Assembly: GCA_963976765.1 (NCBI GenBank)
Contig: CAXBME010000014.1
Coordinates: forward strand, 62,001-126,000
Direction: 5' to 3'
DNA length: 64,000 nt
DNA from: an uncultured Planctomycetaceae bacterium
GTDB lineage: Bacteria > Planctomycetota > Planctomycetia > Planctomycetales > Planctomycetaceae
Positions 21,820 through 32,203 of the stretch are shown here, in pieces (within the stretch, counting starts at the first letter, position 1; every line of letters starts with the position of its first letter). The position numbers were made by a program, and so were the translations under genes. Below the pieces are notes generated by a model, which was not told where the DNA came from, did not search any database, and saw nothing but the letters and a program-made list of their open reading frames with translations.

Positions 21820-22890
21820 GTGACTGACAACGCAGCCGCTGAAAGCATTGATGATTCCGATCTCCAGGCTGTCGAAAAGCTGGCAGACGCCGCCGCTCGT
21901 ATTTCCGCAGAACTATCGCACGTGATCGTCGGACAGACTCAGGTGATCGAAGAACTGCTCGTTGCCATGTTTGCCGGCGGACATTGCCTCCTGGTCGGTG
22001 TGCCTGGTCTCGCGAAAACGTTGATGGTTCGAACGCTCGCTGACACGCTTAGCCTTTCCTTTAACCGGGTTCAGTTCACGCCTGATCTCATGCCGAGCGA
22101 CATCACCGGCACCGAGGTCATTCAGGAAGACCGAACATCCGGAACGCGCGAGTTCCGGTTTATTGAGGGGCCAATCTTCACCAACGTTCTACTGGCCGAC
22201 GAAATCAACCGGACTCCGCCGAAGACTCAGGCCGCTCTGCTGGAAGCCATGCAGGAGCACCAGGTAACCGCCGGCGGAAAGCGACACCGGTTGCAGGAAC
22301 CGTTCTTCGTTCTGGCGACGCAGAACCCGATCGAGCAGGAAGGAACTTACCCGCTTCCTGAAGCTCAGCTTGACCGGTTCATGTTTCAGGTCTTCGTCGA
22401 CTACCCCAGCGAAGAAGAAGAATTTCAGATCGTCCGACAAACAACCGCGACCACTGCAACGTCAGTCAAAGAAGTCCTGTCGCTCGACGAAATTATCACG
22501 TTGCAGCAGACCGTTCGAAAAATCCCCGCCGCCGATCACGTCATCCGATACGCCATGCAATTTGCCCGTCTGACTCGCCGCGAGAAAGGCGAGGTTCCGG
22601 AATTCGTCAACAAATACGTGAGCTGGGGAGCTGGACCTCGCGCGAGTCAGTACCTGATTCTTGGCGCGAAGGCACGAGCCATGCTCAAGGGACGCGCCTA
22701 TGTATCGACCGAAGATGTCCGGGCGGTCGCGGCGCCGGTCCTGCGGCATCGGATCGTCACCAACTTTAACGCCGAAGCCGAAGGGATTACGTCGGATGAA
22801 ATCGTTCGGAGACTTTCTGAACTGATTCCAGCCGGAGCGGCATCGGACAACGTCAGCAGTCGCATTCCGCCAGTGTTCAAGGAAGCCTGA
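21820..22890 (+). CDS. moxR: MoxR-family AAA+ ATPase
   Basis: GVPGLAKT, RVQFTPDLMPSD, LLADEINRTPPKTQAALLEAMQE, ATQNPIEQEGTYPLPEAQLDRF. Confidence 0.95.
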   Translation: MTDNAAAESIDDSDLQAVEKLADAAARISAELSHVIVGQTQVIEELLVAMFAGGHCLLVGVPGLAKTLMVRTLADTLSLSFNRVQFTPDLMPSDITGTEVIQEDRTSGTREFRFIEGPIFTNVLLADEINRTPPKTQAALLEAMQEHQVTAGGKRHRLQEPFFVLATQNPIEQEGTYPLPEAQLDRFMFQVFVDYPSEEEEFQIVRQTTATTATSVKEVLSLDEIITLQQTVRKIPAADHVIRYAMQFARLTRREKGEVPEFVNKYVSWGAGPRASQYLILGAKARAMLKGRAYVSTEDVRAVAAPVLRHRIVTNFNAEAEGITSDEIVRRLSELIPAGAASDNVSSRIPPVFKEA

Positions 22891-22897
22891 GCCGCCC

Positions 22898-23806
22898 GTG
22901 GATGACTCGCCGAATTACCTCGCCCCCGAAACACTGGCTCGATTGAACGGGCTGGACCTGAAGGCTCGCCTGATTGTCGAAGGGTTCGTCTCTGGCCTGC
23001 ACCGAAGTCCCTACCACGGATTCTCTGTCGAGTTTGCCGAACACCGCGAATACGTCCCCGGTGACGACCTGCGTTACGTCGACTGGAAGGTCTTCGGCAA
23101 GAACGATCGCTACTACCTCAAGCAGTTTGAGGAAGAGACAAACTTCGCCTGCAGCTTGCTGCTCGATACCAGCGAGTCGATGAACTACCGCTCGGCAACG
23201 GCGCCAATGAGCAAACTCGACTATGCCAAACACGTCGCGGCAGCCATCGCTTACCTGACGATTCAGCAGCAGGACGCGTCGGGACTGGTAACCTTTGCAG
23301 ACTCGGTTCAGGACTTTATTCGCCCCTCCAGCCAGCCATCTCACCTGCGGCAATTGTTCCACATGATGGAAAACGTCAGGTCAGGAGGCGACACATCGCT
23401 GGGGCCGGTGCTGCATGATCTTGCCGAGCGGATTCGTAAACGCGGGCTCGTGATCCTCTTCAGCGATCTGTTCGACGATCCGGATACGCTTTTTATGGGT
23501 CTTAAACATTTTCGGCATCGACGACACGATGTCAGCGTCGTGCAGGTCATCGACCCGGCTGAGCAGGACTTTCCGTTCGAGGAACCGACGCTTTTCAAAG
23601 GGATGGAACAACCAGTCGAGTCGCTGACTGAGCCACGGTCCATCGCCAAAGCCTACCGCGCCGAGTTCGCGGAATTTCTCAGCACCGTTGCTTCAGGCTG
23701 CCGCAATCTGGGGATGAGCTATCATCTGCTCCGCACAGACCAATCACTGGGCACTGCACTGACATCGTTTCTGCAAGCCCGCTCCCGGATGGGACGAAAA
23801 GTCTGA
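22898..23806 (+). CDS. DUF58 (vWA-like) MoxR partner
   Basis: G.HRS...GFSVEFAEHREYVPGDDLRYVDWK and LDTSESM; directly after moxR. Confidence 0.93.
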   Translation: MDDSPNYLAPETLARLNGLDLKARLIVEGFVSGLHRSPYHGFSVEFAEHREYVPGDDLRYVDWKVFGKNDRYYLKQFEEETNFACSLLLDTSESMNYRSATAPMSKLDYAKHVAAAIAYLTIQQQDASGLVTFADSVQDFIRPSSQPSHLRQLFHMMENVRSGGDTSLGPVLHDLAERIRKRGLVILFSDLFDDPDTLFMGLKHFRHRRHDVSVVQVIDPAEQDFPFEEPTLFKGMEQPVESLTEPRSIAKAYRAEFAEFLSTVASGCRNLGMSYHLLRTDQSLGTALTSFLQARSRMGRKV

Positions 23807-23819
23807 CTGACCCTGGCAC

Positions 23820-25382
23820 TCACTCTTCGTCGGCGATTCCTTTTAGAATAACTAACGTGCGGTCATCCAGATTTCGACCACCGGTGTGAGCTTCATATTG
23901 CGTCCAGATATTCTCCAGAATCTCTGAAGCAGTTCCCTCGGTGTGACCTTCCAGAGCCGACAGGATTCCGTCGTTGCAGAACATCTTCTGAGACTCGCTG
24001 CGAGCTTCGACAATTCCATCGCTGAACATCACCAGCAGATCATCGGGGCCCAGCGGAAGCGAGGCGCAGGAATAATCGGCAGCCTCGATGACGCCAAGCA
24101 GCATTCCCTGTGACTCAAGCGACCGAACTTCTCCTTCCTGGACGACAAGCGGCGGCGGGTGCCCGGCATTCGAGTACGTGAAGAGTCTCGTTTCGTGATC
24201 ATAAATTCCGATGATCAGTGTCAGGAACTGCTGGCATGCCGTCACGCGAAACAACGATCGGTTCACGATGGAAAGCATCTGATCGGGCGACGGAATCTGT
24301 TCGGGGTTCGCTTCAAGACACGCATGCAGTGCTCCCCGCGCCGCTGTCATCACGATTGCTGCCGGAATACTGTCGCCCGAGCCATCGCCAACCATGACCA
24401 TCGTACGTTGCTCATCGAGTCTCACGACATCGCACAAGTCTCCGCCAACCTCACAACGGCTGCGGTTGCGGACCGCGATATCACAACCAGGAAAACGTTC
24501 TGCAATGTCGCAGCAATCCGCTGTCGCACTGGCAACCACATCCAGTTCCCGGACGAGCTTCTGACGTTCATCGCGTTCGGAATAGAGAACAATTCTCTCA
24601 AAGGTGTCAGCAATCTGCTGGCCAAACCCCTGCAGCAGGTGAATCTCCTGTTCGTTGATGTCCCGCTGTCGCCGATCGTAAAGCCACAGAGTGCCGACCG
24701 GCCCGGATTCGTTACCAACTCTCACGCATACAGCAGTGTTCATGTCCTCGGGCAGCCAGAAGTGCGGCGTCTCCGCTTCTTGTGTGACAGCACTGACGCC
24801 GATCTCAAGCGCTTCCAGGTCAAACGGCGACTGATTCAGCGAACGACGTTTGGTGGGGATATCGTTCTCGGCGATGTGATGCGACATTCGAAACCGAATC
24901 GAACGACCGTCCGGAGCCAGTACAAACAAAGCCGCACCTCGAAAACGCGGCAGGCACACGCTGGCCCGCATCAGAGCTCGAAGCCGCATGCGAATGTCGT
25001 GATCGTCAGGTTCCCTTGTTGTGACAAGAGCCCCGATCTCGGTTGCCTGGTGTTTGATCTGGCGTCGAGCGTTCAGGATCTGACTGGTCTGCGCAGCAAG
25101 CATTCCGGCCAGTCGGTGAGCCGATTCAAACGACAGTTTCGGCTGATGAATTCCCGGCACGTCAAGATGAAACGCTCCGACTTTGCGGTGCCCGTCCGAG
25201 ATGTCCTCATGCCAGCACCAGTCGAGTTCGCGACGATCAAACCCGTTCTTCGCCTCGCCACTGTCTCTCAAAAACTTCAGCACCCAGCCTGTCGCTTCTG
25301 AAAATTCACGACAGATCCCATGCAACCAGTCATCGGTATTTGCAGCGCGTCGCTCATGACCTGTCTGAACTGAAGGCGGCAT
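23820..25382 (-). CDS. GAF-SpoIIE (PP2C) Ser/Thr phosphatase with N-terminal sensory region
   Basis: VGGDLCD, GDGSG, NAGHPPP, FSDGIVE, DDRT motifs; central GAF-like segment. Start uncertain. Confidence 0.85.
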   Translation of the reverse strand: MPPSVQTGHERRAANTDDWLHGICREFSEATGWVLKFLRDSGEAKNGFDRRELDWCWHEDISDGHRKVGAFHLDVPGIHQPKLSFESAHRLAGMLAAQTSQILNARRQIKHQATEIGALVTTREPDDHDIRMRLRALMRASVCLPRFRGAALFVLAPDGRSIRFRMSHHIAENDIPTKRRSLNQSPFDLEALEIGVSAVTQEAETPHFWLPEDMNTAVCVRVGNESGPVGTLWLYDRRQRDINEQEIHLLQGFGQQIADTFERIVLYSERDERQKLVRELDVVASATADCCDIAERFPGCDIAVRNRSRCEVGGDLCDVVRLDEQRTMVMVGDGSGDSIPAAIVMTAARGALHACLEANPEQIPSPDQMLSIVNRSLFRVTACQQFLTLIIGIYDHETRLFTYSNAGHPPPLVVQEGEVRSLESQGMLLGVIEAADYSCASLPLGPDDLLVMFSDGIVEARSESQKMFCNDGILSALEGHTEGTASEILENIWTQYEAHTGGRNLDDRTLVILKGIADEE

Positions 25383-25765
25383 GGAGACCGTTTCTATCGT
25401 TGCATGGCGGATTGGTGTATGACGAATTTGCCGTTGGCGTGACCTGCGCAACGCTGGGAATCGAAGGTGCGAGTTTTCGTCTGCACAGGGTCGATCAGGT
25501 GACAGATACCGTTTCTGAAGAATGATTGACGTTTCAAATGCGGTTGTCCTGAACGACCCCGCAGGACTTTCTATCATCAACCATCGGCGTTAAACGGCTT
25601 CCAGGCTGAATCCGGAATCGATCCAGAAGCCTCTGCGCAACTTCCTGCCGAATTCGGCAACCGCTTCGGCGGATAGATTGGATGAAGTTCGAGAAACCGA
25701 TGGCGATGATCGCGCCGGTATTGACAGCCTCAGCTGGCGTCATGGCCAACACTCAGGAGAAACCA

Positions 25766-26215
25766 GTGAATTTGCTTCAAGACTTCCCTGTCGTCATCGA
25801 GCTGCCTGTGCAATGGGGTGACCAGGACGCTCTGGGGCACGTCAATAACGTCGTTTTTTTTCGGTGGTGGGAATCTTCACGGATTGCCTGCGCGGAAAAG
25901 ATCAACCTTCTGGGAACTGATCGAAGCGTGCGATATGGCACCGTCCTGGCGTCGATGACGTGCGACTTCCGAAAGCAGCTGGTCTATCCCGACAAGGTTC
26001 TTATTGGCGCGCGCATTGGCCGAGTGGGTAACTCAAGTCTGCATATCGAGCATCGACTGATCAGTCAGAAACTGAACGCAGTCGCAGCGGAAGCGGTATC
26101 CGTGATGGTGTCGTTCGACTTTGAAAAGCAAACGAGCAGCCCGATCAGTTCTGAGATTCGCGCTGCGATCCGAAAACTTGAGCCGCACCGACAGATCGAA
26201 GGTCTGGAGGCGTGA
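25766..26215 (+). CDS. Acyl-CoA thioesterase (4HBT/YbgC hot-dog fold)
   Basis: VQWGDQDALGHVNNVVFFRWWE; GTG start behind AGGAG. Confidence 0.9.
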   Translation: MNLLQDFPVVIELPVQWGDQDALGHVNNVVFFRWWESSRIACAEKINLLGTDRSVRYGTVLASMTCDFRKQLVYPDKVLIGARIGRVGNSSLHIEHRLISQKLNAVAAEAVSVMVSFDFEKQTSSPISSEIRAAIRKLEPHRQIEGLEA

Positions 26216-26348
26216 AGGTTATTCATAACCCGAAGCCTGAAGCGGCTGAGATCTTCTCAACAGATATCCCAGCAGGCTGGAACGCTCGTCACGCAGTTCC
26301 GGAAGTTGCGAACAGGTTCTGATTCTCCGCTGCCGGCGCTCCGCCAGA

Positions 26349-26630
26349 TCAATCGTCGTAGTTCAGATTTCGTTTGATGCTGCGAGCCTTCGGAGAATCA
26401 ATCCAGTAGAGCGGGTCTTTGTTCGTTTCTCGAGGGCGATCGCCTCGACCCTCGACGGCAACCTGGTCCCATTCGCTGCTGCCTTCGTCGGCACTCATTT
26501 GATAGTCCAGACCTTTCGGTCGGAATGCCGAAGTCATGTATTCTGAAATTTCGTGGACCGGCTTGAAAACAGCACAGCCAGACAATTGGACAAGCAAGGC
26601 CAATCCAACAAACGTGCGAAGAACTCGCAT
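26349..26630 (-). CDS. Small lipoprotein
   Basis: MRVLRTFVGLALLVQLSG|C lipobox; co-oriented with the upstream gene. Confidence 0.75.
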   Translation of the reverse strand: MRVLRTFVGLALLVQLSGCAVFKPVHEISEYMTSAFRPKGLDYQMSADEGSSEWDQVAVEGRGDRPRETNKDPLYWIDSPKARSIKRNLNYDD

Positions 26631-26701
26631 GAGAAGAGCCCCTGACTGGGGAGAGAGGTGGAGGGTTCGAGCGGTAGCGTTTTGTTTCGCAACGTCTACT
26701 T

Positions 26702-28060
26702 TTACTTCTTGTCAGCAATTTCCTGATTGATGAACAGAGTCAGGATCACCGTGTCACCCGACTTGACGCTGGTCCCGGCCGCGGGCTGCTGGTCATAAAC
26801 TTTGAAGACGTCGCCAGCGCTGGCTGCGACTCGACCTTGTCGGAACTTAATTGTCAGCCCGGCTGCCTTCAGCGTTTTTTCGGCATCTTTCCAGTGAGCC
26901 CCCAGAACTCTCGGAAGCACAATCGGGCGAGCGACCGGTGAACTGTCAGCTACTCCGACAGCCCCCTCGCCACTCGTCTGCTGAATGGCTGGCATGTAAA
27001 GCGTCAAAGCAACAACCGAACCGTTCTCGACCGCCGTCTTTGGAACAGGAGTCTGTGACTGAACTCGATAAGTCAACTTTTCGGTTTTAGCCGGTTCGCC
27101 GCGAAGCATCTTGACTTTGTAGCCGGACTTTTCCAGCAATTCTTTAGCCTGATTGAAATCGTAGCCAATGACCGACGGAACCAACTGTCGCTGACCGGGC
27201 ACAGCTGCTGGCTGTTTCCCGGCCAGTTCGCCGGGAGTTACTTCCGCCGCCTGAATGCTGTACTTGCTCAAGTCGGGCTGAAAGACGTCTTTCTCTTTCC
27301 AGAAGAAGTTTGGGAGCCATCCCTGCTTAGGATTCTTCGCGATTCGCGGGAACGTATAGACTGTTTCCCGACTCCCCGCCGGGTCCAGCATCTGAACGGC
27401 CATTGGCAGCATGGTTTCCCGCTCGATGCGGATTCTCGCCCACTTGTAGTTAGCGATATCCTGCTTCCATTTCGGGTAGACGATGATATCGATGTCTTTG
27501 GCATTCGCCTGAAGCAGCGTCATCGTATATCGCTGTTTCGCCTTCTCCGGTGGCATCCCGAACAAAAATGGCAAAGGTCCATCCATGATGTTGTTGCCGC
27601 GAGCCTCAGCCGGCAGCGGGTATTGCTGGGCACTTTTCTGAACTTCATCAATAACCAGAACCTGTTTGCCATCGCAGATCCAGCGTTCGGGATCGTCAGG
27701 TCTGGCCGTCAGTGTGACCTTCGTATTGTTGCTGGGATTGATCTTCGCGAACTTCTGCCCATCGCCCTGCTTGTCCGGCACGAGATCGATGCGGCCCTTG
27801 TCCGGCGCTTCGTAATAGAACTTTCCTTCAGCCCGGAAAGCTACTTCGAAAACATAGTCGTAGATGATTCGAACATGCTCACCTTCGAGCCGCGTAATCT
27901 GAAGCGACTTTTTATGCCATTCGCCAAGGATCTGATCCAGCTCCACAGCCTTCGGATCTGCCGGCGCCGCTTCCTGAGCGAGAGCGGGCAACGCGGCCAC
28001 AAAAAACAGAGCGGTAATCGCCGTACCGAAAACAAGTCTCGTGAGAGATTCTCGTACCAT
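26702..28060 (-). CDS. Exported LolA-like (TIGR03009-like) domain fused to two PASTA domains
   Basis: Signal peptide; 'GKFYYEAPDKGRID', 'WICDGKQV', 'GPLPFLFG'; PASTA repeats VPSVIG...AKELLEKSGY...VQSQTP and LPRVLG...AEKTLKAAGL...VYDQQPAAG. Confidence 0.75.
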   Translation of the reverse strand: MVRESLTRLVFGTAITALFFVAALPALAQEAAPADPKAVELDQILGEWHKKSLQITRLEGEHVRIIYDYVFEVAFRAEGKFYYEAPDKGRIDLVPDKQGDGQKFAKINPSNNTKVTLTARPDDPERWICDGKQVLVIDEVQKSAQQYPLPAEARGNNIMDGPLPFLFGMPPEKAKQRYTMTLLQANAKDIDIIVYPKWKQDIANYKWARIRIERETMLPMAVQMLDPAGSRETVYTFPRIAKNPKQGWLPNFFWKEKDVFQPDLSKYSIQAAEVTPGELAGKQPAAVPGQRQLVPSVIGYDFNQAKELLEKSGYKVKMLRGEPAKTEKLTYRVQSQTPVPKTAVENGSVVALTLYMPAIQQTSGEGAVGVADSSPVARPIVLPRVLGAHWKDAEKTLKAAGLTIKFRQGRVAASAGDVFKVYDQQPAAGTSVKSGDTVILTLFINQEIADKK

Positions 28061-28227
28061 GAGCGATTCGGATCCTTCCGTCTTGCTGCGGGCATCCTTG
28101 CCCGTTGAGTGTCAAAGTAGAATGGCAAGCGGCAGTCAGAACCGCCCGTATTCCTGAGTGTGGCTTCGTGTATCAAACGTGTCTTAATCAAACCGGCAGC
28201 CCCGATTTCAATCAGCGCGGCGGGAGT

Positions 28228-29631
28228 CTATCTCCTGCCAGAAAACGGGACTAGAGCATTCGCGGGCGTTAATTCCTGCTGAGAAGTTCGTGGCAATGGG
28301 GCCGAAGCCGGTCGATTGGCTCCGCCCTGAAACCCTCGTGAATCTATGGAATAGGCTGCCGGACGAATCGGCTGACGCTCCATCGGCTGTTCGGAGAATT
28401 GATCCGGCGGTGGATTCAGCGAACGCGGCTGCGCAAATCCCTCTGGTCGACTGTCAGGCAGATAATTCGAGCGAGGGCCACCTAACTCTGGAACCAGTTC
28501 CTGAAGCGACGAAGTCAGAACAGCGGCGTAGTAGCGATGCCCAGCCTCGGACAACTGAGTCGAATCCGACTGAAACAGATCATCCACCGACTCGTACCGG
28601 CGAAATATCGAAATCGCATCACACAATGGCAACGCAGTCTTCGTCGCGAATTCGACGATCGCTTCACGGGGGCCAGTCGTTTCAATCAGTGTGCCAGGGT
28701 AGATCCCGTTCAACTCAGGCTTGCGAGCACCGCGACTGGCCGTCGCCGATAGCTGCCACGGCGCCGGATGAGCAGCCAGCAGAAATCGAATGCCCTTTTG
28801 CTCACACAGTCTGGCCAGATGCAACAACGGAGACAGCGAAAGCTCAGTCTGAAGAGCCCACAAACTATTTTCGTCAGTCAACCACGAGTAGCGAGAGCGA
28901 GGGTCGTCGACGGACTGAGCGTTTGACATTCGCTTCTGGCCGATCAAATTCGAAATTTCGCCCTGAGCCCACTGCCAGCTGATGAAATTCTGCGTCAAAG
29001 GTTTTGTGACCGGCGAAGTGGAAAGTTCCGGTGCCGAACATAACAGAGGCTCTTCGCGGGAATTCAGCTCGGTCAGACGCCGAAATCTCCGATCGTCCCA
29101 GACATCAGTCATGTCAAAATGAGCGATGACGACATCCGGTTCCAAAACCAACAGTCGATGACGAAAATGCAGATAACTCAACAGCGGACAAAAGTCCGGC
29201 ACACCCGCATTGACCACTTCGACTCGCCGCTTCGTCCGAGCCTGCAGTCGGTCCTGCATCAGACGACAGAAAGTCTGGGGCTCATCAACGGCGGTCCCCA
29301 GGACGGTTTCGTCACCCAGGCACAAAACTCGAAGCGTGTCGACCGGCTTTGGGACACTGATTTCCGAGCCACGCAGCCCCAGGCTGTTTGTTCGAAGCTC
29401 AACCGGCAAATGATCCCCCGCACCGGCCACGGTGACACGCTGCAAAGGCTCAAGTTCATGATGCGTGAACCACGATGGAACCGTTGCCAGCGTCGCCCTA
29501 ACATCGCTCGTCTTCAGTTGCGAGCGGCAGGCAGTGATACGAAACGCGAACTCCACGACGCACGGTGCCAGGACCAGTACGAGTAAAGCCAGCGAAATTG
29601 GTTTAAGGCTCTTGAGAGTCCGACGGATCAT
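28228..29631 (-). CDS. Membrane-anchored SGNH/GDSL hydrolase-fold protein with degenerate catalytic residues
   Basis: TM helix, TNSLGLR, RVLCLGDET, EVVNAGV, PDVVI..F..TD; C-terminal DSTQLS..GH. Confidence 0.8.
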   Translation of the reverse strand: MIRRTLKSLKPISLALLVLVLAPCVVEFAFRITACRSQLKTSDVRATLATVPSWFTHHELEPLQRVTVAGAGDHLPVELRTNSLGLRGSEISVPKPVDTLRVLCLGDETVLGTAVDEPQTFCRLMQDRLQARTKRRVEVVNAGVPDFCPLLSYLHFRHRLLVLEPDVVIAHFDMTDVWDDRRFRRLTELNSREEPLLCSAPELSTSPVTKPLTQNFISWQWAQGEISNLIGQKRMSNAQSVDDPRSRYSWLTDENSLWALQTELSLSPLLHLARLCEQKGIRFLLAAHPAPWQLSATASRGARKPELNGIYPGTLIETTGPREAIVEFATKTALPLCDAISIFRRYESVDDLFQSDSTQLSEAGHRYYAAVLTSSLQELVPELGGPRSNYLPDSRPEGFAQPRSLNPPPDQFSEQPMERQPIRPAAYSIDSRGFQGGANRPASAPLPRTSQQELTPANALVPFSGRR

Positions 29632-29959
29632 CCGTTGTACTCGAAGGGGCAAATCAGTCCGTTTAGCCAAGAGCCGTCTGGAGTTACCAGAGCATCCCTG
29701 CGGCACTTCACTACAAATTCTGAGAATTTCGAAAGCCAAACATCCACTTCAAGCTTTCGAAGTCCGGGATGGTATCGGTCCCCGGAAAACGCCACAACAC
29801 GATTCTGGCGAGCCTCGCCACACGCGGCTTGAATACAGCGGCCAGTTTTGAGCCTTCGAAACTCGCTGGATGCTCAACCGGCAGATGATGACAATGCAGG
29901 CCGGGAGCCCGATGCCGTACATCGCCAGACTGGCCGAGCCTCTGTTTTAAGAAACATCC

Positions 29960-31366
29960 ATGACAAGACCCACCAACTCCACCCAATATTCTCGTCGTCA
30001 GCTGGTCAGCGCCGGTTCCCTGGGATTGTTTGGCATGTCGATGCCAACTCTATTGGCTGCTGAAAACGCGGCGACCAGCTTTCCAGCATCTTCACAAACA
30101 GGAAAAGCCAAAGCCTGTATCCTGCTGTTCATGTGGGGCGGACCAGGACATCAGGACACGTGGGATCTGAAACCGCACGCTCCCGCAGAAATCCGCGGCG
30201 AGTTTCAACCGATCCCCACCAACGTTCCAGGAATTCAAATCTGCGAACATTTTCCACTGCTCGCGCAGCGTGCAGATAAACTCGCGATTATCCGGTCAAT
30301 GACCCACGACAATGTTAATCACACAACCGCCACTCATTACCTGCTGACGGGACAGGCTCCGCCGCCCAGCAACGATCTTCGTAAAGACTGGCCTCATATT
30401 GGCTCCGTCCTTTCGCAAATTGGACGCGGTAATGGGCCGATTCCGCCTTTTGTTTCGATGCGACCGAAGCTCGAAAACACCGTTCCGCGATTCGTTGAAC
30501 AGAGCCACGGACAGTTTGCCGGCTGGCTCGGACCGCGATGGGATCCGCTGACCATCGACGCCAACCCGGCTCTGCCCGGCTATCAGGTGGGAGACATCCA
30601 GCTGGCCGATGACGTGTCAATTCGACGACTTGCCAAACGCCGCGACCTGCTGGAGTCACTTGAGACGGGACGATCGCGACCGGAGAGTGATCTGTCAGCA
30701 ACACAGGCTATGTCCCGCCATTACAACCGAGCCTACGAATTGCTGACTTCCGCCGTCGGACGATCAGCCTTTGATCTCAACCAGGAACCTCCAGAAATTC
30801 GAGACCGCTATGGACGAAACCCGCATGGACAATCCGTGTTACAGGCTCGTCGACTTGTTGAACGCGGCGTCCCCCTGGTGACGGTGTTCTGGCCAAATGA
30901 TGGGATTAAGAATGTCAGCGTCTACTGGGACACTCACAGCAAAGAATTCATCGACCACAAGACCCGCTTGATGCCGCCCGCAGATCTGGCATTCTCTGCA
31001 CTGCTCGATGATCTGTCAGACCGCGGTATGCTCGACGAAACGCTGGTCGTCTGGACCGGCGAATTCGGACGCACACCAAAAGTCGGGCAACGAAACAGCG
31101 ACGCAGGGGCTGGGCGAGACGGACGCGATCACTGGCCGAACTGCTTTACTTCCGTCCTGGCTGGTGGCGGAATTTCTGGCGGCCAGGTCTATGGTTCGTC
31201 CGACCGGCATGCTGCCTATCCGGCATCGGACCCAGTTCAGCCCATTGATCTGGCCGCGACGATCTATCATCAACTGGGAGTGCCAAGCGGGCTTGAGCTG
31301 ATGGACCACCTCAATCGACCGTTTGTCATCTGTCCTGGCCAACCAATATCGGCGTTGATTTCATAG
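29960..31366 (+). CDS. DUF1501 family protein
   Basis: Twin-Arg-like leader (SRRQLV), ILLFMWGGPGHQDTWDLKP, ARRLVERGV, WDTH, GEFGRTP, GRDHWP. Confidence 0.93.
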   Translation: MTRPTNSTQYSRRQLVSAGSLGLFGMSMPTLLAAENAATSFPASSQTGKAKACILLFMWGGPGHQDTWDLKPHAPAEIRGEFQPIPTNVPGIQICEHFPLLAQRADKLAIIRSMTHDNVNHTTATHYLLTGQAPPPSNDLRKDWPHIGSVLSQIGRGNGPIPPFVSMRPKLENTVPRFVEQSHGQFAGWLGPRWDPLTIDANPALPGYQVGDIQLADDVSIRRLAKRRDLLESLETGRSRPESDLSATQAMSRHYNRAYELLTSAVGRSAFDLNQEPPEIRDRYGRNPHGQSVLQARRLVERGVPLVTVFWPNDGIKNVSVYWDTHSKEFIDHKTRLMPPADLAFSALLDDLSDRGMLDETLVVWTGEFGRTPKVGQRNSDAGAGRDGRDHWPNCFTSVLAGGGISGGQVYGSSDRHAAYPASDPVQPIDLAATIYHQLGVPSGLELMDHLNRPFVICPGQPISALIS

Positions 31367-31734
31367 AGATGCAAAGAACTTGATGGCCTTGCGTTTCTCT
31401 GCAACCTCCCTTTTTTACGCTGAAGTGGCTGACCTCTCAGCATCTGGTTTTCGGGATATTATTCTGGACGTGTTCCCGGGTGCGGTGTTGGGAGCGTTCG
31501 GCTCGAATGTCACGAATCTGCCCGCAGAATTGACCCCATCCGCAGATCTGGATAAGTTCATCGTTGAAGTTGAGGCCTGCCAAGGTCGCAGCTGCTCCAC
31601 TATGCCCTCCACCATAGCTCCTTCCACTGTAAGGATTTGCTCGCGCCGTAGCTGATAACCACTTAGGTGGTTCGCAGCCCCGAGCGACAAACCTGGATAC
31701 TCCCGCCCCTGAGAATCCTACCTGGCACTGCCCC

Positions 31735-32079
31735 ATGTCCGTACGCCTGACCTGTATTGACGCTGTCCCTTCCGCATCCGGCGCATTGATTACCGAATTG
31801 CCGGTGACAATTGGTCGTGGCGACGAGGCTGACATCTGCATCCGCGACACCTGGTCCAGTCGCGTGCATTGCCGACTGGAAGTTCGTAACGGCCAGCTTT
31901 TCATCGAAGACCTGTCCTCAAGTAATGGAACGCTCGTCAACGGCACTCAGATGGCGGAAGCGGCTTTACGAAGTGGCGATCAGATCACCGTTGGCATTAC
32001 AACGTTCCGTGTCACATACTCCCGGCTGCCAGTATCACGGAATCCGATGTCGTCAGACCGAATGTTGGCAAAATCGTAG
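31735..32079 (+). CDS. Stand-alone FHA domain protein
   Basis: TIGRG...SRVHC...EDLSSSNGTLVNG...LRSGDQITVG. Confidence 0.92.
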   Translation: MSVRLTCIDAVPSASGALITELPVTIGRGDEADICIRDTWSSRVHCRLEVRNGQLFIEDLSSSNGTLVNGTQMAEAALRSGDQITVGITTFRVTYSRLPVSRNPMSSDRMLAKS

Positions 32080-32203
32080 GTTGCGCCGACGCTCTACCTT
32101 AGACGCCATCCTGGAATTCCATGTCGCCGTGACGCACTGAAATGATCGCATGGAAACCGGTTGAAACGATTCCGAACTGCCCTGCTGACGCGGAAAGTAA
32201 AAC

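Noticed and set aside
24159..25301. 380-aa plus-strand ORF
   Set aside because: Fully antisense to the well-supported SpoIIE phosphatase gene; no recognisable features.
31367..31734. Long spacer with palindrome aaccac-ttag-gtggtt (31657-31672) and short overlapping ORFs
   Set aside because: One short palindrome is expected by chance; the ORFs lack RBS and motifs; no riboswitch consensus recognised.
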